A stretch of DNA of 64,000 nucleotides from Candidatus Doudnabacteria bacterium RIFCSPHIGHO2_01_FULL_46_14 (GTDB lineage Bacteria; Patescibacteriota; Doudnabacteria; UBA920; 2-01-FULL-46-14). Location: the NCBI GenBank assembly GCA_001779925.1, contig MFEK01000016.1, positions 142,504 to 206,503 of the forward strand, read 5' to 3'. The number at the start of each line of letters is the position of its first letter. Position 1 is the first letter of the stretch. The notes under the pieces were generated by a model that ran no database searches, was not told where the DNA came from, and saw only the letters and a list, made by a program, of their open reading frames with translations. Shown here in pieces: positions 57,688 to 64,000 of the stretch. The position numbers and the translations under genes were made by a program.

Positions 57688-57759
57688 CAGTCCCACGGGG
57701 AATCGAACCCCGATTCACAGCTTGAAAAGCTGTTGTCCTAACCGTTAGACGATGGGACC
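57688..57759 (-). tRNA. tRNA-Glu (UUC)
   Basis: GGTCCCATCGTCTAACGGTTAGGACAACAGCTTTTCAAGCTGTGAATCGGGGTTCGATTCCCCGTGGGACTG; cloverleaf, TTC anticodon, TTCGATT T-loop, CCA not encoded. Confidence 0.95.
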
Positions 57760-58013
57760 ATGTTAACAGAGTTATGAATCCGTTTGAAAAGAAATTCTTT
57801 TTGCTGACTATTGTTTTTTAATTCTATTTCTCTCTTCCTTGCGTCCGTTTTATCAAGATATGCTTCGTAATAGATCAAAGTAAAAGGTCGATAGAACTGC
57901 GTTGATTTTACCTTACCAGTTTGATGTTGTGCAAACCTGGTTTTTAAGTCATCTGTGCAACCAGTATAAATCCATTTTTGTTTTTGACTATGCAAGACGT
58001 AAACGTAATACAT
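57738..58013 (-). CDS. small GIY-YIG endonuclease (UPF0213-like)
   Basis: 'MYYVYVL...IYTGCTDDLKTRFAQH...T..YRP..L.YYE....A..RE..LK'; stop codon lies inside the tRNA. Confidence 0.92.
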   Translation of the reverse strand: MYYVYVLHSQKQKWIYTGCTDDLKTRFAQHQTGKVKSTQFYRPFTLIYYEAYLDKTDARKREIELKNNSQQKEFLFKRIHNSVNMVPSSNG

Positions 58014-58077
58014 ATTTTTTGTTTTTAGGTAGTTAGTGACCCTGCGGGTCATCACCCGAAGGGTGAACGATGGGACC
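57744..58077 (-). mobile_element. GIY-YIG mini-element at the tRNA-Glu 5' end, bounded by a duplicated tRNA 5' 16-mer
   Basis: tRNA start GGTCCCATCGTCTAAC recurs at 58077-58032, split by a 30-bp double hairpin. Confidence 0.7.
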
Positions 58078-58091
58078 TCAAAAGCTCACTT

Positions 58092-58120
58092 AATTTATCA
58101 AAAATAGTAGAGTTGGTCAA
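58092..58120 (-). promoter_or_regulatory. putative tRNA promoter
   Basis: Minus strand TTGACC-17-TAAATT, 14 nt upstream of the duplicated tRNA 5' end. Confidence 0.6.
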
Positions 58121-58155
58121 TAAAAGAAGCCAGAAATAAATCTGACTTCTGGACC

Positions 58156-58962
58156 CTATTTTTGGTATGGGTCCCGAAACCTTTTCTTTATAAATTCCAC
58201 GAACAATGGACAGCTTGGATCATCCTTGCAGCCGCGTAAAATGCCGTCCGCCTCAATGTCGTCATTGTTCAAGGGCTGACCTACCACTCGGAGCGGCCTA
58301 ATGACATTGATGATCATTATTGGCCAAACGCGAAGCTCTTCTTTTAGCCGCTCCTCGTAAACCCTTTGTGTGTCGGTAGAGTTTTCCGAAAAATCGAAAA
58401 ACTCTTTTTTTTGTCCTCGCAGATGAAGGGCTTCATGTACCATACCGTTCATGAACGTGTGCTTTGCGACTCGCGAGTCGTATTTTGTGACCGGATAATC
58501 CACGTTCACGAAGCCCCACAATTTGAGGAGCGAAATCTCGATCTCCATCTTTTGTCCATTATAGCCAGAAGCCATCAACGTTGAGCTTGCACCGGGAAAG
58601 GTGGTCACTGGGGTGATGAGCAGCTCGCCTTTTTTGTTAGCCTCTACGATTCCTCGAAGCCACGCTATGCCGAACGGCGGGTAATATTTATTGCCGATAA
58701 AGAAGGGGTCTGACTCTCCCATTAGTCTTTCAAATATCTGCGCGCCTTCTTTGATTTTTTGCTCCGAGGTCTTTTCGGGGATTGGGATAGGCGAAGGCAG
58801 AACAATGCGGGGGACTGGCTGTGCAGGATACGTTATTCTTTCCTGGCGCAGCGGCTGGGGCTGGGTTATAAAATAGGTGACTGCGATGGCCAGCAGAAGC
58901 ACTGACCACATCCACCAAGCGCGGGCTGAACTGCGGCTATGGTTCCTTATGTTTTTGGGCAT
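58156..58962 (-). CDS. membrane-anchored hypothetical protein with an HExxH motif
   Basis: N-terminal TM, Pro-rich linker, 'MVHEALH', downstream 'EE'. Confidence 0.65.
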   Translation of the reverse strand: MPKNIRNHSRSSARAWWMWSVLLLAIAVTYFITQPQPLRQERITYPAQPVPRIVLPSPIPIPEKTSEQKIKEGAQIFERLMGESDPFFIGNKYYPPFGIAWLRGIVEANKKGELLITPVTTFPGASSTLMASGYNGQKMEIEISLLKLWGFVNVDYPVTKYDSRVAKHTFMNGMVHEALHLRGQKKEFFDFSENSTDTQRVYEERLKEELRVWPIMIINVIRPLRVVGQPLNNDDIEADGILRGCKDDPSCPLFVEFIKKRFRDPYQK

Positions 58963-59065
58963 GATTTCCTCCTTGTGGAAACGCTATCTTAGCGGTTATT
59001 GCTCGAAAAGTAAAGAAGCGCCGTTCTGGTTAGAACAACGCTTTAGTGTTGCAAGTCTACGACCT

Positions 59066-59491
59066 TCACCCGGGATTTTCTGCCGGTGCGGTGCTGTCTT
59101 CGCTAACTGCGCCGCTCGCCGGTCTGCCCCGGTTTATAACGGCGGGGAAACTGCGAAGCGCGCTGTCTTGGTCTTCGAAAATGTCGAATACTGTGTCGAG
59201 CTTTACCCCTTTCAGGTAGTCGCGAAGTTTTGGAGTTAGTGCGACGATTTTTAGATTACCCCCTTTGCCGCACACCGTGGTGTAGGCTGATACCAGCTCG
59301 CCCATCCCGCTAGAATCAACGTAAGGGACTTCTGCCATGGTGATTACCACGTTTTTGCATTCGTGCCTCAGTATTTCCCTGATAGCCTCGCGAAGCTCCA
59401 GGCATGGCCCTCCGATAATCAGTCGGCCAATTGGAGTCAACACGTGAGCCCGCCGTCCTTCCGATTCAACGAACCGTTTCGTGATTTGCAT
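59066..59491 (-). CDS. STAS-domain anti-sigma-factor antagonist
   Basis: 'VPYVDSSGMGELV' phosphorylation loop; 'LDTVFDIFED..SA'. Confidence 0.9.
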   Translation of the reverse strand: MQITKRFVESEGRRAHVLTPIGRLIIGGPCLELREAIREILRHECKNVVITMAEVPYVDSSGMGELVSAYTTVCGKGGNLKIVALTPKLRDYLKGVKLDTVFDIFEDQDSALRSFPAVINRGRPASGAVSEDSTAPAENPG

Positions 59492-59919
59492 GTTCCCTCC
59501 TCTGAATTTGATTCCTCAGAATAACATGCGCAATTATTCGGGTCAATCGCTGGACGAATGACCAATTTTATTAATAAAACTCGCTATTATCCACGTTTGA
59601 TTTGCGGGGTTTACTAATCCCTAAGGCAGGGGCACAAATTGAACAGTAGAATCTGCTACAAACTTGGGACAAAACACAACGCGGCCCTGCCTGATATTCT
59701 TTATATTCTCTTTACACGACTAGTCAGACTGGTCACGTGTTTAATCATTAATGTTTCATGCGGGGGAGGTGACACAACAAATGGTGCAGCAAAATCAGGT
59801 CCAATAAAATAATGGCCAGGATTGTTCTTGAAAAAACTCCCGGGACTCTAATTTAGGAAGAAAGAGTAGAATCCCGGGAGTTTAAATTAATATGGTTTGA
59901 ATTTATTTAAAAGTTTTCT

Positions 59920-62445
59920 TTAGGGGGCAGTTGGATCAGGCGGCGTGTAAATGGGGTTGTTGTCGACTATTGTCCCGACCGGAGTCGGGGCCCCGGCAGG
60001 GGACGGGGCAGGTAAAGGTGGAGGACTTTGCAGGGCAAATTCTAGCGGAATAATCGTGGTTTGTTTCTGGCCTTGGTCTGTTGTAACCTCAACAGTCATA
60101 AAATGCATTCCGTCAGCATACCGATTTTGACTCACATGATAAATTTCGTTTGCATTTGCCGTAGTCTCTGTTTGTTCATCGACCTTCACAATTATCTGGG
60201 ATACCGGGAAAATCGAAGCAGTCTGGACTGCAAAACTCCACGGCACTGCGGAAATCCGAGGACTGACCCGGACATTGACTGAGATATCTGATTCTTCGCC
60301 GCCGCCAAGGTCTGCATTTTCCACTGGTTCGTTTGCAATATACGTGCCATTACTAAATCCATAGCCGTGGGCAATAGCGTAGGCGCGAACCGGCTCGTCC
60401 CAGGCGGGGTCTCCGGGTTTTTCTGAGCGAAGGATTGACACCACGCGTCCATTTCTGGCTATATGAAAATCGTCTTCAGTAACCGGAACGTTGAAATCCA
60501 GGGCAAAGATTTCGGTTTTGGTTTGCGGGGTGTTCGAGGTGGGCAGTTTGCCGGAGAGTTTATCAACTGCGAGTTCTACTATGCCGGGCGGGCGGGTAAA
60601 TATTTCTACCGGAGTATCTTGCAGAGCGCGGCTTATAAATTCATTCCAGATTGGAGCCGCGACGTAGAGTCCATCGGCGCCGTAGCGCATGGGCGCGTTG
60701 TCATTGTTGCCCACCCAGACCCCTACGGAAATGCTTGGAGTGTAGCCCACAGTCCAGGCATCGCGGAATTCCTGCGTAGTTCCGGTTTTTACAGCCACCG
60801 GCCGTCCGTCCGGCAATGTCAGTTTGTTTTTGCGGTTGGAGAAAATAAACATCCGCGCTTCATTATCAGACAGCACATTAGTGATTTGGTAAGCGATCTG
60901 GGGGTGGATGGCCTGGCGTCCTTTATCGCGATTCAATACCTCGATTATCTTGCCGCTGTGGTCAGTGATTTCCAAAATGGGCGTTGTTTCATAGAGCTTC
61001 CCGCCGGCGCCGAATGCGCCGAATGCCGCTGTATGCTCCAAAAGTTTGACCTCTGCGCCGCCTAGGACCAAAGCCGGCCCATAACGGGAACGGTTTGTCA
61101 GGGTGCTCAGACCCATGCTTTCTGCAGTATCAACCGCGTCATTGATTCCGACCAGCATGAGGGTTTTGACCGCCGGAACATTGAGGGAACCTTGCAGAGC
61201 CTGGCGGATAGAGATAGGGCCATAGTTGCGTTTACTGTAGTTTTGCGGGACATAGTCGCGGGAGCCATAGCGGCCGAAATTGGTAGGTACGTCCATAACA
61301 AGCGAGCCTGGAGACAACCCCTCTTTGAAAGCAGTGGCATACACGTAAGGCTTGAATGACGATCCGGGCTGGCGCGGCCGAAGGGCCACGTTAACCTCGC
61401 CGTCGTTTTCTTTTTCAAAATAATCCCGCCCGCCAACCATGGCTAACACCTCGCCTGTCCGCGGGTCTACGGCAACCAAAGCCGCGTTTTTGCCGCGCCA
61501 ATTTTTTTCGTTTGCCAGGGAGTGTTTGAGCACGGTCTCTTCGGCCAAGCGCTGGAGATTGAGGTCAAGCGTCGTTCGCACCCGCATGCCACCCTCTCGC
61601 GCGGCTTTTTCGCCGTATTTTTCTCGCAGGATATCCTGAACGTAAAACACGAAATGCGGGGCGATGATCGGAGCGGAGATTTTTTGAAATACGACTTTTT
61701 CGGCGCGTGCCTCGTCCACCTGAGACTGATTTATAAATCCCTGTTCCTGCATTTTCCTCAAAACAAGCAGGGCGCGCGTTTTCAGCTCATCGCTATGCGG
61801 GCCATAAGGCGAATAGTAGGTGGGAGCTTTGGGCAGGGCGGCAAGATGGGCAGCCTGCGCCAGGCTTAGGTCGCGGGCAGGTTTGCCGAAATACGCCTGG
61901 CTGGCCGCCTGGATGCCATAGAGGTTGGAGCCGTAAGGAATTTCGTTAAAATAAAGCTCGAGAATTTTCTCTTTCGGGTATTTGACCTCAAGGTTGAAGG
62001 CCAACACCAGTTCTTTGAATTTGCGCCTCCAGGTTTTTTCGCGGGTCAGCACGGCATTGCGCACAAACTGCTGGGTGATAGTAGAGGCGCCTTGGGTTTT
62101 GTCCCCGGTTTTCCAGTTAATATAGGAAGCGCGGGCAATGCCTTCCATGTCAAAGCCCATGTGTTTATAAAAATTTTTGTCTTCAATGGCAATCGCCGCC
62201 TGCCGGACCATCAGGGGAATCTCTCGCAGAGAGACTATGGTGCGTTTTGCGTCCCCGTGGAATTCATAGAGCAACGTCCCGTGCCGGTCATAAATTTTCG
62301 TGGATTCGGGGACATCACGGCTGACCAGCGCGTCTGCTCCGGGAAGAGTCGCGGAATAATAGAGAAACACCGCAATAATTGCGGCTGGTATGATTACTGC
62401 GAAAAACAACAGTAAAAATAAAAGAATTTTTCGCGTTTTCTTCAC
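59920..62445 (-). CDS. class A penicillin-binding protein (PBP1A family)
   Basis: Transglycosylase EDKNFY.H.G.D, QGASTITQQ, RKFKE; transpeptidase SSFK, SLN, KTGT. Confidence 0.95.
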   Translation of the reverse strand: MKKTRKILLFLLLFFAVIIPAAIIAVFLYYSATLPGADALVSRDVPESTKIYDRHGTLLYEFHGDAKRTIVSLREIPLMVRQAAIAIEDKNFYKHMGFDMEGIARASYINWKTGDKTQGASTITQQFVRNAVLTREKTWRRKFKELVLAFNLEVKYPKEKILELYFNEIPYGSNLYGIQAASQAYFGKPARDLSLAQAAHLAALPKAPTYYSPYGPHSDELKTRALLVLRKMQEQGFINQSQVDEARAEKVVFQKISAPIIAPHFVFYVQDILREKYGEKAAREGGMRVRTTLDLNLQRLAEETVLKHSLANEKNWRGKNAALVAVDPRTGEVLAMVGGRDYFEKENDGEVNVALRPRQPGSSFKPYVYATAFKEGLSPGSLVMDVPTNFGRYGSRDYVPQNYSKRNYGPISIRQALQGSLNVPAVKTLMLVGINDAVDTAESMGLSTLTNRSRYGPALVLGGAEVKLLEHTAAFGAFGAGGKLYETTPILEITDHSGKIIEVLNRDKGRQAIHPQIAYQITNVLSDNEARMFIFSNRKNKLTLPDGRPVAVKTGTTQEFRDAWTVGYTPSISVGVWVGNNDNAPMRYGADGLYVAAPIWNEFISRALQDTPVEIFTRPPGIVELAVDKLSGKLPTSNTPQTKTEIFALDFNVPVTEDDFHIARNGRVVSILRSEKPGDPAWDEPVRAYAIAHGYGFSNGTYIANEPVENADLGGGEESDISVNVRVSPRISAVPWSFAVQTASIFPVSQIIVKVDEQTETTANANEIYHVSQNRYADGMHFMTVEVTTDQGQKQTTIIPLEFALQSPPPLPAPSPAGAPTPVGTIVDNNPIYTPPDPTAP

Positions 62446-62526
62446 CCCGTTAGAAATCCTATGATTAATTATTTCTGAAGTTCGTTATACAGCCTCCCCG
62501 TTGCTCTGAGATTTCTAACGAGGTTA
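62441..62526. mobile_element. MITE-like element
   Basis: TTCACCCCGTTAGAAATC ... GATTTCTAACGAGGTTA terminal inverted repeats, 86 bp. Confidence 0.7.
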
Positions 62527-62607
62527 CATAGTGTCATTACAGCAGTTTATATGGTTTGTCAACATGGATTTTTAAACAATTAGTTGCAATAATCACTCAG
62601 AGAAATT

Positions 62608-63255
62608 ATGATTAAACCCATGTTTCATTTTGATTTAGTCGGACTAATCAAGACTGCCGGATACCTCGGTTTGTTTGCCATTATTTTTGCCGAGTCTGGG
62701 CTGTTTATCGGTTTTTTTCTGCCGGGTGACAGCCTGCTGTTTACCGCGGGGTTTTTAGCCTCACAAGGGTATTTGCATATCGAACTTTTGGCGACCCTCA
62801 TGGTTATTGCCGCTGTACTGGGGGATAATGTCGGTTATGCGTTTGGTCGCCGAATCGGTCCGAAGATTTTTTCCAAAGAACAGTCAATACTCTTCAGTAA
62901 AAAAAATTTACTTCGGGCTCAGAATTTTTTTGAAGAACATGGCCGCAAAACAATTATCCTGGCGCGTTTCATTCCGGCCGTCCGGACCTTCGTGCCGATT
63001 CTGGCCGGAGTCGGCCAGATGCAGTATCATGTATTTTTTGCCTTCAATATTGTCGGCGGACTCCTGTGGGCCGCAGGCCTCACTCTATTGGGATATTTTT
63101 TGGGCAGTACGATTCCGGACGTGGACCGCTATTTATTGCCGATAATTGGCGGCATTATCGCATTGTCCGTGCTGCCGACTATTATTCACATCATTCGTGA
63201 CAAAGAAACCCGAAAAGATATTATAGAGTTTATTCGTTCGCGCGGGAAGAGCTAA
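62608..63255 (+). CDS. dedA: DedA family membrane protein
   Basis: 'IIFAESGL...FLPGDSLLFTAG', 'LGDNVGY', 'ARFIPAVRTFVP'. Confidence 0.93.
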   Translation: MIKPMFHFDLVGLIKTAGYLGLFAIIFAESGLFIGFFLPGDSLLFTAGFLASQGYLHIELLATLMVIAAVLGDNVGYAFGRRIGPKIFSKEQSILFSKKNLLRAQNFFEEHGRKTIILARFIPAVRTFVPILAGVGQMQYHVFFAFNIVGGLLWAAGLTLLGYFLGSTIPDVDRYLLPIIGGIIALSVLPTIIHIIRDKETRKDIIEFIRSRGKS

Positions 63256-64000
63256 GGTGGATATCCAGAAGGGCGAACAGCAGACTGACCACTAGGGGCC
63301 CCAGCACAAATCCAACCGGACCGAATAATGACAGCCCGCCGATCACGGAAAGCAGAATCAAAAACGGGTGAATCCGGATGCCGCGATTGATCAGGTATGG
63401 GCTTAGGAAATTGTCGATGAGTCCCACGGCCAGCACGCCCCAGATCGCAAGACCTATGGCGCGGCCGATTTCTCCCTCAAAATACAAATAGCCGATGGCC
63501 GGAAGCAGGACCATGGCTGTGCCAACGTTGGGGATGAGCGCGGCGATTGCCGCGGTGCCGGCCCATAACACGGGGTTGGGCACCCCAAAGATGGTCAGGC
63601 CAATGCCGGTGAGCAGTCCCTGGATAAGCGCGATGAGGAGCGCGCCTTTGATGACCGAGTTAATAGCGGTGTAGAGTCGAGATAAGATTTTTTCATCTTG
63701 CTGATCCGGAAGAGGGCTCAAGATTTTTAAATACGTCGCGAATTTTTTGCCATCCCGCAGGAAATAAAACAGGGAGATGAGAAACAGGAAGAAGCTCAGG
63801 GCTGTGCTAAACACGCTTGAGAAAATGCTGTTGAGGTTCTGCACGACCCAGTTGAGAACCTGTCTGCTTATGCGCTCGAAATCTGGAGAAAAATTGGGAA
63901 CGACCCGGGTGATTTGTTCACGGACGCTTTCCGGCAAAGCTTCTCTGCCTACCGTGTTTAGAGAATGAAAAAGACTTTGCGCTTCCTGGAAAATCTGGAA
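63230..64000 (-). CDS. AI-2E family transporter (5' end outside the window)
   Basis: 'YFLRDG', 'ALIPNVGT', 'IDNFLSP', 'GGLSLFGPVGFVLGP'; frame stays open to the window edge. Confidence 0.9.
   Translation of the reverse strand, partial: FQIFQEAQSLFHSLNTVGREALPESVREQITRVVPNFSPDFERISRQVLNWVVQNLNSIFSSVFSTALSFFLFLISLFYFLRDGKKFATYLKILSPLPDQQDEKILSRLYTAINSVIKGALLIALIQGLLTGIGLTIFGVPNPVLWAGTAAIAALIPNVGTAMVLLPAIGYLYFEGEIGRAIGLAIWGVLAVGLIDNFLSPYLINRGIRIHPFLILLSVIGGLSLFGPVGFVLGPLVVSLLFALLDIHLSSSRANE

Noticed and set aside
58014-58055. Longer GIY-YIG start (MMTRRV...)
   Set aside because: That start lies within the double hairpin; the family typically begins at MYYVYVL (58013).
57744-58077. Group I intron in tRNA-Glu with a homing endonuclease
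   Set aside because: The downstream tRNA is already complete and uninterrupted, and there is no room for a ribozyme core outside the ORF.
59920-60030. Pro-rich PBP C-terminus as another copy of the palindromic repeat
   Set aside because: No inverted or mirror arm structure in the DNA; it looks like an ordinary low-complexity tail.
1-64000. Prophage, IS transposase, integrase or alternative genetic code
   Set aside because: No such genes were recognised. Core genes translate full length with the standard code, and TGA is used as a stop (e.g. recF).

Overview
A 64-kb chromosomal segment that looks like a Patescibacteria/CPR (Parcubacteria-like) genome. This assignment is inferred from gene content: short TsaB, multiple TrmB-like and PaaX/Cas2-like regulators, VanW, Gmad2, PilB, and no biosynthetic operons. 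Core genes are recF-dciA, ruvB, pepA, tsaE, pilB, polA, rpsT, uvrB, ruvA, murE-tsaB, rpoBC, valS, tsaD, a class A PBP and tRNA-Glu(UUC). Between them sit single-gene or two-gene accessory cassettes. The most striking layer is a set of tiny repeat elements. (1) About 22 copies of a ~40-bp hairpin-plus-mirror-repeat (BoxC/intrastrand-triplex-like) element; about 13 are translated in frame inside RecF, PolA, MurE, TsaB, TsaD, ValS and a TrmB. (2) A ~320-bp GIY-YIG mini-element at the 5' end of tRNA-Glu, whose duplicated target carries a 30-bp double hairpin of the same 6-3-6/6-3-6 geometry as an in-frame insert in recF. (3) A PaaX/Cas2-like gene bracketed by two 38-bp palindromic direct repeats. 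(4) A duplicated pilB 3' end interrupted by a palindrome. (5) ~85-bp MITE-like elements that appear to supply GTG start codons. Accessory genes have strong Shine-Dalgarno sequences, whereas core genes are SD-less or apparently leaderless. All annotations come from reading the sequence and recalled family motifs; no database searches were run.
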